Assembly (NCBI GenBank): GCA_047495785.1
Contig: JBLDXI010000021.1
Coordinates: 2,418,001 to 2,482,000 of the forward strand
Reading direction: 5' to 3'
Source of the DNA: Lepidodermella squamata
Taxonomy: Eukaryota; Animalia; Gastrotricha
Length of the DNA: 64,000 nucleotides
The notes below the pieces were generated by a model. It was not told the origin of the DNA. It ran no database searches and saw only the letters and a list, made by a program, of their open reading frames with translations. Of this stretch, positions 27,629 to 42,736 are shown piece by piece. The translations under genes and the position numbers were made by a program. The first letter of the stretch is position 1. Each line of letters starts with the position of its first letter.

Positions 27629-27923
27629 TTTCGTAAATAACCGAATCTGAGGGGCCCAAGCCATGCTAAATCATCAGTACTATTGGAGATGTACCAAAGA
27701 ATTTTGAGAGAAAACGCGAGCCAAAATCTTCAACACTGATGATGCTTTACAAAAAAGCAATCAGCTAGATGGTAAATGAGAGTAAATGAGACCAATACAC
27801 ACTTAGGCGAAAGGACAGCTTTTCTTCATAGATATGCAATATTCAGTCATCACTCATTTTTCATATAATCTTATAATCTATAGGCCAACTTGATGATTAG
27901 GGTGAACGCTAGAACGACATTAC

Positions 27924-29062
27924 ATGCCTCAAATTGGAAATATGAAGGTGGGCAATCGCGGCAGTGCTCTGAATTGTTTATTCGTTGGCCCTCTTGGAAG
28001 TGGAAAAACCAGCTTGTTAAAATGTCTCAGTGCGGGCTTGGATGCCTTCAACGATACGGCTGATAATCAGAAGCGGTCTGAAAGAGAAATGCTGTTTTCA
28101 ACTATATGTCCGACGGTTTGAAAATGTCCACAATTATTTCATTAATTAGCTAATATAATTTAGGTCGGGACTGAAATGGCCAGCTTGCAGTTTCAAACAA
28201 AACCCTTGCTTTCATCACCATGGACGCATAGAGCACGCGTTAGCAACTCCCAAAGAATGCGACTTTCAGCAACTGGGAAATGCCCGGAGACAATCACAAT
28301 ATCAGCACGAGAAGTCGGTGGATCGTTGCAAGCATTATGGCCACGATATTTCTCCGAAGCTGATGCCTTGTGTGAGTTATCAGCTACCATATTCTGGATG
28401 AATGTATTCCCTAAGCTTAGCTATATAATTAGACTGGATTACGTGTTACAGGATTTATTGGCTTTGGGACATTTATAAGTTGCAGACAGCGGAAATTCAA
28501 AATAAGTATAACATTTGATTTTGGGCCCTATAGAAAAAAGCTGCTTTATTTTTATCCAAAACTCATTTGCTATTTCATTTGCAGAACTCATTACTTATTT
28601 CGGGGAAATGTAATGGGAGCTTTGAAGGAGTGGCGTCCTATTATAGTATGTCTCATAGATTATATGATGAATTAGATGATAATGTGCTTAATGTCATGAA
28701 TTTGACAAATCAATATAATAACATTTTTTGCAGGTATTGTAGTGGATGGTAGCAACCTCCTATCGCCATGCGGGAGCTCTGCTTTTTCGTTCGTATCAAT
28801 CGTGGATATATTGACTAACGAGATAGTAAGAAAGATTCCAGTCGCAATCATATTATCGAAAGTCGAAGATGATGACGCAAAAGATGACACATCATCACAA
28901 CTCTCCGAGGTCATGAGCTTATCTGATCTAATCTTCAATGTTGAACAATTTCTCAGCGAAAGAGACTCCACCGGGTTGAACATCTCAATATGTACCAGCG
29001 CGAAAACTGGAGCAGGATTACAAGATCTGGCTCGTTGGCTCACCTTATTGTCCGTCCCGTGA
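27924..29062 (+). CDS. ARL16: ARF-like GTPase ARL16; exons 27924-28115, 28164-28371, 28734-29062
   Basis: P-loop GPLGSGKT, PT|VG, the ARL16-type REVGG (instead of DxxG) followed by LW, IVVDGS and TSAKTGAGL. Confidence 0.8.
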
Positions 29063-29703
29063 TCATTCAAGTTCAGTTATTGTTTTTACAATTCTTGGAT
29101 TGTAATATTGGTGCAACTTTTCATCTTTCATTTGAGCAACTGGCTGAGGCTCCATCCCTACTCTGATGGCTAAGTACGGGCTATAAAATGGCGTCGAGCT
29201 GAACATTTATGATCAGGATTCAAGTTGTTGCTGAGTCATGCCGCGCTCAAAAAATATGTTGGCTTCAACTGATAATATCTAATGTTGAATGGTGATTATT
29301 CATCAAGTATGTGAATAAAAGTTTCACCTCGAAAGTGACTGATGAAAACGTCATTGATAAGTATTATCATTTCACGGTTGATTGTACATGCGGTATTTGA
29401 GAAAGAAAAGAATACGTATTGAAGTCATACACGCCGTTCATAAGTTGACAAACATAGGTAAAGGTGTTGTGTGTTCTCACGAGGTAACCGTGACGTGCCG
29501 ACGGTGAATGTAACGCGAAAAAAGACGTGGGCTGGAGCCGACCTCGCCGCGCTGAGCCAGTGACTATGACACAAACTGTCAATATAATATCGCTTTATCG
29601 TTCCTTGTATGTAAATAGTGAATCTCCAAATTTTCCACCTAGAATTTTTTCATTTCTGCATCAGCAACTCAACTCCAGAAGCCCTGGTAACTGGTAACCT
29701 GCA

Positions 29704-30624
29704 ATGGCAACTGCCAGTGATGTAAATTTGTGTTTCATCATCTTGCTTGTTGAATAAACATGTCTATTGACGCCATATCGTTTTTCAAGATAACTTTGAA
29801 AGCCGATGAATATGTGCAAGATTTGCTGGACGAATTCGCCGATCTGAAGCCGGAAATTTCCAAGACCGAGAGATCGCGCAACCTCAAGCGAAACAAAGAT
29901 GGATCGTTCATTGTCAATGAGATCAAAGTGCGAATTTATTTGGCCAAAGAACGTTCAATGATTGTCAGGACGATCGAGGAAATTGTTGCGATTCATGGCG
30001 ATTCCGATCAGCAAGATCCTGCACAGCAAACAAAGCGCCACTCAGTCACGAAAAAATACTCCAGAGAAGGTATGATTTTTGTTAGCTTTTACATTTGTTG
30101 TCGTTCATTTGCGCTGTATGTGGCCTAATGCAGGTGAGCTGGAATGGACGAGAGATGATGATAATGATCCTGGTCAACAGCAATATCATGGAAAGCAGCA
30201 TCATGTTTCAGAAACCAATGAACAAGCACATAAAAAGAGTGCTAAGCCAACAACTGCAACGCACGTTTCCGACGAACCTCGAAAATCACTCGGAAATCAC
30301 TCGGACGATGTCCAAAGGTACGATGTGCCTAGTTACGAGTATGCGAACTCGGAGGATGGGAAGCGCGAGACATTACCTGAACAACATGAAACGAATGTTG
30401 GGATGTCATCGAGCGGTGCAGTGCATTATGACGCTACGGAAACGCTTGAAACAGAAGAAATCAGCGATCCTGACGATCGTCGAAATATACCGGGTTCATT
30501 GGGAGATTCATGGGGAAGCGGGCGCAGAGTTTATTCTTCGACTGTCACAACAAGTCAGTCCGGGGGTAGCTCACCAGGCCGGACCACCATTTCATCGAGG
30601 CGCAACTTCATTTCGCACCGCTGA
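29704..30624 (+). CDS. Unknown hydrophilic, probably disordered protein (3-4 exons)
   Basis: MATASD|gtaaat...ttcaag|ITLKADEY joins ORF 29760-30128. GAAG|gtatga...atgcag joins ORF 30079-30624 in frame. No domain was recognised. Confidence 0.6.
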
Positions 30625-32261
30625 ACCCCGGTAACGAACATCAATTAGGACAAACCATGACCGCGCTGGGCTCTTATTAGTTGTTGAAGAATGGCGCAGG
30701 ACTACGTTCACTCTGCTTATCTTAAAATGCGCATCTTTGCTAAATTGAGACGGCAAAGTTAGAGCCGATTTATACTGCCTTACATTCGCTTTATCTCATC
30801 TTTTCTGCTTAGATACTTTTTTTCAAAATAAATCAATGTTAAAAAGTACGAGGAAGTCGCTCAATATCCCTTGGAATTTAATTTTATTAACGGCGCCAAG
30901 TTCTTCGATTTGAAGCTCACAGGACTCGGTGTTTTGAGCTCATTCACTGTCCACGAAATTCCTCAGTAATTCGATAAAATCATGAGTAGAGCCCTTTTCA
31001 TCCCTTTTCATCTGTAACATTGCAGTGAATCACTGAATCTTCCAGCCGCGACCGCCGATTATGACACTTTGTTGCTATTGGGATAGCTTTAAAAAAAACA
31101 AGCAAATGACGAATTCAAATATTTTTATTTGTAGACACAACTCGTTACGGCTAACACGTTATGTTACGAATATGATTAAGCAACTGTCGCAATAATGCGT
31201 CATCGTAAAACAAGAAAAGATTGTATTGTTGTTTTAAAATTGATGTTCGCCAATTGTCTAATGAGCGGCTCGTGAATTCCAAGTAGAGCACACGAATAGC
31301 AGACAATCGAAGACCAGAGAAGCGAATATTTAAGCATAAAAATGTACGAACATTATATTGTTATTATCATGTAAAACTTCCAACACGCATGCAGATCATT
31401 CGAATATTATTTTGAAAATATTACGAGTAAGTATGTGTTTCTCGTCATTACAGCTTGAGATGTATATTGCAGGAAAAAAGTCGGTAGTGTTGGATTCAAC
31501 TTCTCTAGATAAACAGCAGATCTTAGAAGAAAGGTTGACAGTTGCAGTCAGCAGCATTTTATTAAATTAACACAAATTTTGAAAGGAAGACTTGATGATT
31601 CAGCGACTAGGTTGCAATTTGACTAGGGAAGTATATGTGAAGTGTCATTAGCAGTTTGCACGAGCAATAAGGTCCAGCTCAAATAAGAAGAGGCACAAAT
31701 TTGTACAATTTTACAAGCAAGGTCAAGGCGACCCGCAAAGCAAACAAAACGTTGGGTTGCGCGCCACACAGTCTGCAAGTGACAGTGAATCCGCACCTAG
31801 AGAAAGAGTAATGGGAAGACTTCGTGACCACTAATAAACGATATCGACGCCTGGTTGTACCTGGAATCAAACCTAATGATTATTGTATATCGCATAGATA
31901 ACAACAAATAGATAAGTATATAAATAGCGTCAACCATGCGCAATGCGCCATGTTGGACGTGCACCATGTCGAGTAGCGAGCGGTATTTTTGACAAATCTT
32001 GACAATAGTAATAAAAGAGCAATAAACGCAAGAATAAGAAATACCAAGATCGACTAGAAAGGCCACACCGTAGTAATAAAGGAAGCAGCGAGCAGCAGCA
32101 GCAGCGTTATATGTCACCCAATTACTATGAGAATAACCGAATTGAAATCCAATCTACAAAAAAGAGAATCCCAATACCTAAACATAACCAAGATTGCTTT
32201 CATAAAAGTCTTCATGATACAGCATATAATATAAAATTGATTTGTTCACTAGCGCAGTGTT

Positions 32262-34220
32262 TCACTCATTCCCAGCCTCTGCTTCAGCTGAATGTGGGTC
32301 ACCGCCTCCGGTGGTGGATGATGCATGCGAGGGCTGGTGACCGGTGGCCGCAACTCGGCCTACGCTGTTTGAAGCGTTGCTCATCATAGCAGCCACAGAA
32401 GGCGACAATTGTTGCGACTGCCAAGGCTGCTGAGCACTCTGATTGTTTGAAGCAGGTAGCAAGTGAGAATTGGCGAGATAACTTGGAGAAGGTTGGGCGA
32501 AGGCGCCCGAAACTTGAGGAGGAATAACTGATTGATCAAAAACGCGGCTGTTCCGAGAGTGAAGGACATCTAACAGTAATAAATTTATTGACAATGCACA
32601 CTAGAAGACTTGCTGAGGCCTACCATTGAATGCAGCGGATTCGGAGATTGAGTCCACACAACCAGGGATACCCAAACCATTTACAGTCGAATGAGCCGAC
32701 TGCTGCTGGTTATCGTCGCATTTTTCCTCTTCTCTCCGTTTGAGACACGCTGTTTTTGGGTTCAAATTCCGGTCTCTTACTTGGCCCTCTAACTGCGAAA
32801 TCACGGTCACAGCTTGCTGTAACACCATCAGTTTTGTTAGAGGTTGGGTCGCAGACGTATGCATTGAAACCATTTGACCAAGTTCCTTGAAAGCCTCGTT
32901 GATGTCCCGCACACGCATCCTGAAACACGCATAAATTAATTGACAATCAACTGACCATGTGAAAGGTAACTCACCGCTCACGAGCATTATTAGCTTGACG
33001 CCGAACTTTCTCTTTTTCTACTTTCTTCTCAGGGGACTCGTTTGGATCGTCAGATTCGTCACTCCTACAATTAATTGGAAAATAAAACAAATGACCAACT
33101 GATAACGATTTAAGTTACCCAGATGAATCGTGGCGACCGCGTTTAGACTGACGATCACTGCTGCCGGAAGAACTGTTACTGCTGTTGCTGCGAATGTGCA
33201 AATCTTCATTCGTTATTTTTTGACGATTTCCACCCATTGATGACATATGGAGGCCAGAGGAGCCGTGGGTCATGCCAGAATCGACACTTTCCCGAATCTG
33301 AGAAACAAAAATCAGCAATGAAAAAGTCGCGACTAAATCGCGGTTAGATTCTCACCCTATGGAATAACGCATTTTCTACGGGGTGACCGAGAGACGAAAC
33401 GGCCGGTAAAGCATTTCCGTGCATTGCTGCGCTGCTGAAACCAGACGCCGGAGAATAAAGATTAGTACCAGAAGTTGGTACGGGTAAAGGAATAGGGGGC
33501 AACTGGCCACCCGGTGTTGGGTCACCACTCGAATAATTGCCTGTTTGATTGATTGTCAGATCCGGCAGAGGTAAATCTGATAATCGTTTTTCGAATTTAT
33601 TTTGCTGCGAATAGAAAATTATAAGATTTAGAATTTAGTGATAACTTTCATCTCAATTTGACTCACAAGCTCGAGGAAGTCGAACCCTCTTGCACCATAT
33701 GTTTGGCCTCTCACGTCAGACGCCGTATATTCCGCGCCTTCTTCAAGATGATTGTCGCCGTTGCCTTGATTGACAAACCTTGCTCCATCGGTGCCAATGC
33801 CGCTTAGCGAAGGAGCATATACTGACGGTTGATCGTACAGAGCAGAATACACATTGGTAGTGGAGCCAGATGGCATTGAACTGTTAACTTGTGTCGGGTT
33901 TACAAGTCCATGAGAGATTTGTGCATTCGAGAATGGCACTCCTGTTATCCCATCACGTCCCGCCCATGCCGGAGCGTCTAAAATTGTTCTTAGACGCAAA
34001 TTCATTTAGTCTACGACGTTACTTACCTCCCAAGTAGTATGAAGGATCACATTCCGTGGAAGAAAACTTGTTGGCGAACGGTCTGTCACCGACAGGGGCA
34101 CCCGCATTGTCTATTCCATTACCATTAACAGGGCTTTGGTAAGACTGTGCAAATTAAATTATTAATGAGCACAAAACAGCAGAAAGTATAAACACATACC
34201 TGATACTGCGGATAAAACAT
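32262..34220 (-). CDS. da: Class I bHLH E-protein (daughterless / TCF3-4-12 family), multi-exon
   Basis: [10 protein letters not shown]|[14 protein letters not shown]...[39 protein letters not shown] is diagnostic. Upstream exons were chained by GT-AG sites from MFYPQYQ. Confidence 0.93.
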
Positions 34221-35791
34221 TTCAAGCAGTTTAACACATTACAAATACTAAGTAAAACAAAAATTCGAAATAATGATCATAGTGACAGGATTTTGCTCGG
34301 CAAGTCTCAAGTCTCCACCAGTGCGGAATGCGGAAATAGTCAACCTGACTAAGCAGCAGCGGAAAATACAGGCCTCGTTTTGACCAGTGTTCCAAAAATG
34401 CGTTAACGCAGAAATTACTTAGTTTAGATTCTACGCTCTCAGCGATTCAATAGATCTAGTAACGGGACAAGAAGAATTCTTCGCCTTTAATATTTTCCTT
34501 TGAGTTGTCTTTCATAGATTTCACAACTTTGCACGTTCATGAGTTAATGAGGCAACAACCCTTCTCCTTGAGCAATCTACGGGAAAGTCACAAAACCACA
34601 CAGTTCACACTTCATACATAGAGCACGGCAGGGAAGGAGACAGTAACGGGTGCGTAAAGTTGACCTAAACGATGAACGATGGACGGGTTGCAAAGTCAGC
34701 GGCAGTGTAGGATATTTTGCTGTATGATAGGTGCATGAAAAACAAGTTCCTGAAGAAAGCTGATCCCGAATGAAAACATGGCAAAACTTCTCCGACTCGG
34801 CTATCGACCAAGGATGAGAATTGGGAAGTAACTAATAACTGAACAGACGGGAATTTTCAAATTTCGCTCAGTAAAAATTGCCAAGTCGGACGCTGCTATC
34901 GCTTTCATCCATCATTTCATTTATTGGAATCGCCTAGGCCCCAAACCAAAGACTAAAACGAAGCGTTCCTGCCTGCCCTCACACCTTGGGGACTTTGGAT
35001 CCCAAAGTAAACAAATTAAAATCATTCAATCAACTTGGCTATGATGCTGGGTGAGATAATCTGAAGCATCCGAAGCGTCCCGCGTCCCGCGTCCCAAGCG
35101 TTTCAAGCGTTTAGACTTACAGACCCTCGTCTTTCCCTTCCCTATATCCCCTAAAAGGCACTTTTGACGTCAATAGATACCCTTCATTTTTATTTTAAAA
35201 GTCGACCTCTAGTTTTGTAGTAATTAAATACTTAAAATTTTGATTTCTCCATTTGATCACTCTTACCACAATGTAATTAAGTTGAACATTTTTGGTCAAC
35301 TGGGGTTTTTCTTTGCGCGCGAAACACCGGGGGCCGTTCATGATGAACCCGCAATTACCCTGCAAAAATGCGTTGTTGAATGCTATATATTCAAACAATT
35401 GAGAACAGGAAAATTGAAAATCGAAAGAGTCTCTACTACCATTTAGCCTCAAATCACCAGTTTTAAATCAGGACAATCGTTCGTTGTTTGTGTCACATTT
35501 TCGTGGCCTCGGATGACGTTTGGAAACGCTTCTAAGGCCGATCTGTCAATTAAATTCTGTATGCTACTCTGCGATGAATATGCACTTTTCTTTCAGCTTG
35601 ATAGGAGAACTATATGCCTGTAGAATCGATGGAATTTTCTACAATTTAATTTGTATATGCAATATGCAAAATTAATGTTCAAAACCCTGTATACAATTCC
35701 ACTTTTTCACGCCGGATACGTTTTTCACTCAAGTCCATTCTTCCATTCTCTTGATCCGTTCAGTAGTTTCCTTATTTTTCAAAATTATAAA

Positions 35792-37839
35792 ATGGTTGCC
35801 GGAGATCCGACGGATCAAGCTGCGCTTCGTACGCACAAGATGGCTGTTATGCGAGATTACATCGCTCAGCCTCGGCTCACCTACAAAACCGTATCAGGTG
35901 TAAATGGCCCTCTTGTCATCATGGATGATGTCAAGTTTGCGAAATATGCCGAAATCGTCAAGCTGACTCTGCCCGACGGTTCATCTAGGACTGGTCAAGT
36001 TCTTGAAGTAAACGGCTCGAAAGCTATCGTCCAGGTGAGAGTTTAATATTCCCTCGTTAGGAATTCTTAGAGATTTCGAGTGCAGAGCATTGCATGCAGG
36101 GTTTCCTTGTGGTTCGCAATAAGCTTCTTTTTTTCATGTTTTCGGGCTGTCGACAGTACTGCGCGTTTTAGCCTTACTGAGATGACGCGTTGGGGCTTAT
36201 AGAATTCAACTTTCTTCGGTTTTTAAATTTAACACCAGTCTGTATTGTTTCGCGGCAATGTTCCGTGTCTATTCTTACGCGTCGATTTTATAAAGACAAA
36301 AGATAGGCGTCGCTTATCAAGTTATTTCGCGTATCTTCCAGTATTTTCAAGCTAGGAGGCAATGATAGAATAATGTGACGATTGGCGATGTATTCAGTAG
36401 ATTAATTGCCCAGTCAAACATTAAATTGTGCATATCACGGTGAATATAATATCTTACATGAAAATACGATAATGATGTGGGTCAGGGTGACTTTGCATAA
36501 GTCGTACTACTATTTTTTTTCTATATCATAGGTTTTCGAGGGAACTTCAGGCATCGACGCTAAGGTCACTACATGTGAATTCACGGGTGACATTCTTCGC
36601 GTGCCAGTGTCGGAGGATATGCTGGGTCGTATTTTCAACGGATCTGGCAAACCTATTGATAAGGGCCCACCTGTGCTTGCTGAAGATTATTTGGACATCA
36701 TGGGTCAGCCTATCAACCCCTCTTCTCGCATCTATCCCGAGGAAATGATTCAAACTGGCATCTCTTCCATAGACATCATGAATAGTATTGCCCGTGGTCA
36801 GAAAATCCCGATTTTCTCTGCCGCTGGTCTACCCCATAATGAAATCGCCGCCCAAATCTGTCGTCAAGCTGGTTTAGTCAAACAAGAAGGACACCACGGC
36901 CATGGTGGCAAGAGTACTATTGACAATGATGACAATTTCGCCATTGTTTTTGCTGCTATGGGTGTGAACATGGAAACTGCCCGCTTCTTCAAGCAGGATT
37001 TCGAGGAAAACGGCTCTATGGAGAATGTATGTCTGTTTTTGAACTTGGCTAATGATCCTACCATCGAACGTATCATCACCCCACGTTTGGCTCTTACTGC
37101 CGCTGAGTTCTTGGCTTATCAGTGCGAGAAACATATCCTGGTTATTTTAACCGACATGAGCTCTTATGCTGAGGCTTTACGTGAAGTCTCAGCTGCTAGA
37201 GAGGAGGTACCTGGCCGTCGTGGCTACCCCGGCTACATGTACACTGACTTGGCCACGATCTACGAGCGCGCTGGCCGTGTCGAAGGTCGCAACGGTTCCA
37301 TTACTCAGATTCCAATCTTGACTATGCCGAACGACGATATCACTCACCCTATTCCTGATCTTACTGGCTACATTACGGAAGGCCAAATCTACGTCGATCG
37401 TCAAGTAAAATTGCTACCGTTGAATTACTTTAGACCTAAATATATCTCATTTTCATTTTAGCTTCACAACAGACAAATTTACCCACCCATCAATGTACTG
37501 CCATCTTTGTCGCGTTTGATGAAGTCTGCCATTGGTGAAAACATGACTCGTGAAGACCACGCCGATGTATCCAATCAGCTGTACGCGTGCTATGCCATCG
37601 CCAAGGACGTGCAAGCTATGAAGGCTGTCGTCGGTGAGGAAGCCTTGTCCGCTGAAGACCATCTTTCGCTCGAATTCTTGGCGAAGTTCGAGAAGACCTT
37701 CATTGCGCAAGGGCCGTACGAAAACCGTACAGTTTTCGACTCACTCGACATCGGATGGCAGCTTCTGCGCACTTTCCCGCGCGAAATGTTGAAGCGTATT
37801 CCTGGCCAGATGTTAGACAAGTACTACCACCGCCGTTGA
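35792..37839 (+). CDS. ATP6V1B: V-type proton ATPase subunit B; exons 35792-36034, 36532-37404, 37462-37839
   Basis: [49 protein letters not shown] and [21 protein letters not shown]. Confidence 0.98.
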
Positions 37840-38561
37840 TTGGGCTTGGAGGAAGAGATTGAGTTGATTATTAACGGAGTCTAATAATTTTTATTGTCAT
37901 AACAGCATCTTTTCGTTCTTGCAATTTTATCGTCCTTTTCAGAGCCTACGTATGTGCAATTAGAGAAATAATGTTCTTTCTCTGTTAGCCCTGGTGTAAA
38001 TTTTCTTTGCAATTGTGGCATGAAAGAAGTCTTGTTACCAAAAGATATACACAAGTTACTTTTTTGCCTGGTTTGATATGAATATATATTTGCCTTATTA
38101 TGTCATCAACGGGGCTATTAATATTGATTGATGATTGAATAATCATGCATTCATGAGTACTTATTTTCGAATAAAAGTTAGTGAGATCGACTCTGTGGTT
38201 CAACTCCAATCGTAGCGCTAGCTATAAACAGCATCTCGATTTGTATATCTATTTATGAATATCCATGAATGTCATTCTAATGTGCTAATGTGCATCAAAA
38301 GAAACAACGCACTTGTGATTTTCACCCGCTTCTTCTGTCATAAAGTATTTTAGGGTGTTTGAACTGTTCACGTAATCGCTTCTTTACAATCTTGACTATT
38401 GATTTCTGCAATGTTCCTATTTTTATGTCTTTTCGATTTCTCGTGATGATTTAGCAGTCGATGTCGAATAAAATTTCAATGGTATTCGAGCGTTTGTTGC
38501 AAATTTGTCGTTTTTATCTAGTATTTTTATTGCATTTTTTGTTTGCGGTGTCAGCTGTTAA

Positions 38562-39260
38562 ATGGGTCGGTAAGTTTTTGCTCCATAGCTATGTTGGCTT
38601 ATGCAAACATTTTTACCCCACCGCTTAGGGTTGACATCGAATTGGGTGATATCACCCAGCATAACATAAAACAGCTGAAAAAAATCAACTCGCTCGTCTT
38701 CCCTGTTTCATACAACGAGAAGTTCTACAAAGACATCCTCGAACTGGGACAAATGCCCAAATTGGGTAGTGTTTGATTTCATATCTCGTCGTCGTGAATT
38801 CATTTTTGTTTTGTTCCGAAGCTTACTTCAACGATGTTATTGTCGGAGCGGTTTGTTGCCGAGTCGATACTACCGAAAATGCTCGTCGCATGTATATCAT
38901 GACTTTGGGTTGCCTTCCTTCCTTCCGCCGATATGGAATTGGTATGATTTGAAAATTCAATGTTGTGTTAAACTTTTCTGAACACTTACGTCGCGCTCTT
39001 CAGGAACTCGTCTTCTTGACCATGTTTTGGAGCAAGCGGCGAAGCAAAATTGCCAACAAGTTTATCTGTAAGTTGACTATTTATAGCTGGATCCTTGTGA
39101 TAACGGTTAAATTAATTTCAGACATGTACAGGTGAGCAATGAAGCGGCGTTGGCATTCTACGACAAGTTCGGTTTCAAAGTCATTGATCGTAAAGAAGCC
39201 TACTATAAGCGCATTGAACCGGCTGATGCGTTCGTGTTAGCAAAAGACCTAGTTCAATAA
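38562..39260 (+). CDS. NAA50: N-alpha-acetyltransferase 50 (NatE catalytic subunit / san), 5 exons
   Basis: IELGDITQHNIKQLKKINSLVFPVSYNEKFY, YIMTLGCLPSFRRYGIG, LHVQVSN and YYKRIEPADA. Confidence 0.96.
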
Positions 39261-42200
39261 CGTGTGATAATGTTGGTGGTTGAACTTGCTCATGACTTGT
39301 TAGTCTTTAAGATTCTTCTGATATGTCACACGTAACCCAATTTCAAGTTGGGATTGTTTGTTTCCTTTCATTTTCTGCTCATCTTCGACCTCGGGAATGT
39401 CATCAAGACAAATATTATGCCCGCCTTTGATCCATTTAGCTGATGACGTCCTCACTATATTACGATGTGATTTGAATTTGTACGCCTCCAATGCTTAACC
39501 TTGAAGTAATAAATGAATGCGGAAGATCAAAATTACTGATTACGGTGACAGACAATTCTGCAGGTTTTGTATTTGGTACCTAGTTGCAAGCATTGAATGC
39601 ACTGAGTATTGCAAAACTCTTCTTCCCCAATCACTATCTCGATTGGTCGACCTTCCTTGATCATCTGTTCAATCGTCGACAAGTCGGAAAATACACCGGG
39701 AAAACGCTTCCCATTATGAGTCAAATTGAATTCGAAGAAAACGAGCAAGAAAGCCATGAAAGCGAGAATACAGGCTGAAAATTTGCCGTGAATAAAAAGC
39801 TGTATTCGCAGGAGATTAGAATTCTGCGTGTCATTTTTAAATTCTCCATTGGAAAATTAGCTATCGGGACATATTTCAGTGGGAAAGTCATTTTAAAAAC
39901 TCACACACAACCTTGCGATTGGAAAAATGATAACTAATCAGGTAGAATTGCCTAAAGGTCAACGAATCGTAAAACAGCTCTAGAATTATCCGCCCGCTGT
40001 CTAAATTTACTAAGCAGGAAATATACTATCGTTTTGAGGATTGGGTTAGCGGTCTCTTTGATAGCCTCTTGCTTCGGCTTCATGCATAAAATCGAAGCGA
40101 GAAGCAGCTTGGTTATTTGAAATTTTGGAAAGCTAAAACAATTTTACGATTTTATGCCTTGGGCAAAGTAGGTACGATACCAGCGCAATTACTGAGGTGT
40201 AGTAAACCTCTAAAATTATTCACTACTCAAGTAATGGATCCTTCATACCGTAAATAATTGACTTGCATCGATATAAGTCAAGGGGGTCTATGGCAGGATG
40301 GAGTCAGCTCATGGGACAGTTAGAATGCTTACAGACTTTTAGCCGAGTTGTGCAGTATTTTTCATTTCCGACCAGTTCTGAGCCTCTCAGACCGTTATCA
40401 AAAGAAAGTGTATAAATATTTCATTGCGAATAGCCGTAATCTGTAAATATTACTGATGTTTTGTCAGGGGCTCTAGCTGCTATAAATTAAAATCAATAGG
40501 AATGATTAACAATAGCTATGGCAGCATCATCAAATGATTTTCATCAGCGAGCGACGCTCGCTTTCAAACAGCTCTCTCAGGTACGTGAATAAAAGGGGCT
40601 GGAAATGTCAACGGCTGCGAACTAATTAAACGTAACAAAACACGTTGAAACAGGTTTACACCAGCAACTTGCAACTTTTACTTTCAACTATAGGCACAGG
40701 GACTATGCACGCCGTAGTGGTATTACACGTGCGCGCTCTCATGCTTGGAGTTTTATACAATAAACAAAGCAAATTCAAACATATACATCCGAGGGTAAAA
40801 GCGCTGCATTAAAGCACACACACATGTATTGATAGGTAGTAAATAGACCAGTAGTTGCTTGTGGCCTGCGAGCGTCTTCCGCAGCTACGATGTAATTAAG
40901 ATTATGACACACGTGGCTCTAACAGTAATAACCATCAGAAACCGTGGCTTACTATTGCACGCAGCAAACCGTTTCATAGCGCGCATACCAGACATGAACG
41001 TAAAAACTTGACGCACTTCAAGCTCTTTTCTCATCATTATCATGAACATCAACACGAACATCATCATCGTCATGTCAAATGAATAGTAGCGGGGCCACTA
41101 CCATTTGGACTCGACTCGTGTTTTATACCACACTTATATCATCATGAAGTCGTCGAATACACGCGGCGGTAAAAGTACAGTCGTCTTCATCGCATCGTCT
41201 TCGTACGAAATAAAATGAAACGATTTTTGTGAAGGCTGGCAGTGTGTGAATAGTAGAACGGAGGCATAAGAGTGAGTGCAAAAGCAAACCACGTTTGTCG
41301 AAGCTATTCCCACTATTTCGAGATTCACAAACGACCGCTTCACGAAATGTATGATGTAGTAAACAGAGCTTTCAGCAATAAGCGCGACAGTATAGCAAGA
41401 GGAGGACTACGGATGTTTGCGAACTCTTTTTTTCGGATGACGTAGGAGAGCAATGGCGGTATTTTTCAAACATGATGGCGATAGAGACAAGGATGGAGAG
41501 TAAAAACTTCAAGCCGAACAAAAATTGTTAACAACAAGTCGAGGGCGAAGCGGCAAAGCCAGAATCGTTACAAGTAACAGATGATATTAGAGTAGTATAA
41601 TTAGAATAATATTATTATAATTGCGTGTATACATATAATATGATGAATATAATACTTTTATAACCATTATCATCATCTTCATCATCATTTATATATATAT
41701 ATTTATATGAATAATCTGTTTGAATAAACAAAGTGCAAGCATGACAAGAAATTCGATAGCGACATGTTTTGATAATAGTGCCCACGTCGCCTCGAAAACC
41801 GACAACAACAATTCACAGACAAACCAATGTAGCACTGACTTGGACGAAGAGTGAATTATTCGCAGAATAATAATATTATTTTTATGATTACGCCTGCACT
41901 GGTATTTTTATCAACACATTTTTGCCTGAATTCCATCTCAATCTCGACAGCGGAGATATTGTACATTTTTATGCACTTCAGAAATAGGCCGTTACAGAGG
42001 TGACAGCGGTGATAATAATAGTTATAATGATAGCTTTAGCCAGAAATGATCAAACTGAGAAATATTAACGCAAATGCTCGCCTTCCCTCTTTCACTCTAC
42101 ACGCAGAAAAAAAACAAGAGAAGGACAGGGAGATATGTTGATTTTTCTTTTTAGAAAAAATTAAAAATATGAAATTATAGGACTTTTTGTGGATTCCGCA

Positions 42201-42736
42201 AAGATTACAAATATGAGAGGTGCCATGATAAACGTATAGTATCGCAGCCTGACGTAGTATTCTGAAAAATCGATACGTCGGCGGACAAAGGACGGGTAGG
42301 CGCTCCACGCTTCCACGATTTTGAACACGCAGTAAGCAATGCGCTAAGCACGGCAATAAGTAATCGGTGAGTGTAACAAACGGCAGTTGATTATTACTGA
42401 ATTGATGGCGTGTGGCAAAGCATGGCACAGAGTGGAAGACAACTCCACGTTTTGACTACGATACCGTTCTGCGGAGTTGCGCGAATGCAGTCGATCAAAA
42501 CGATGACCAAAAATCTATCATAGCACTTCACAGCGGCATTGACGTTGAGATTATTTTCCGTGGTAACTTCTATTTGTTTCCTGATTTTAAGCGTGACAAA
42601 CAAGTGAAGAAATCTTCGAATCTAACTAAGCAGCCAATCAATATATTGATAGAAGTGATATATAAGTAATATGACGCTCAAAGCCAAAAGACATTATTAA
42701 TAGTTATAAGAGCCAGCAAGAAAACAGTACGCTGCG

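Noticed and set aside
39280-39800. Small ORFs on both strands after NAA50
   Set aside because: No consistent exon chain or recognisable domain was found. AATAAA signals at about 39508 and 39791 suggest 3'UTR.
40600-42736. Short ORFs downstream of adducin
   Set aside because: Low-complexity AT-rich sequence consistent with a long 3'UTR. No splice-supported frame was found.
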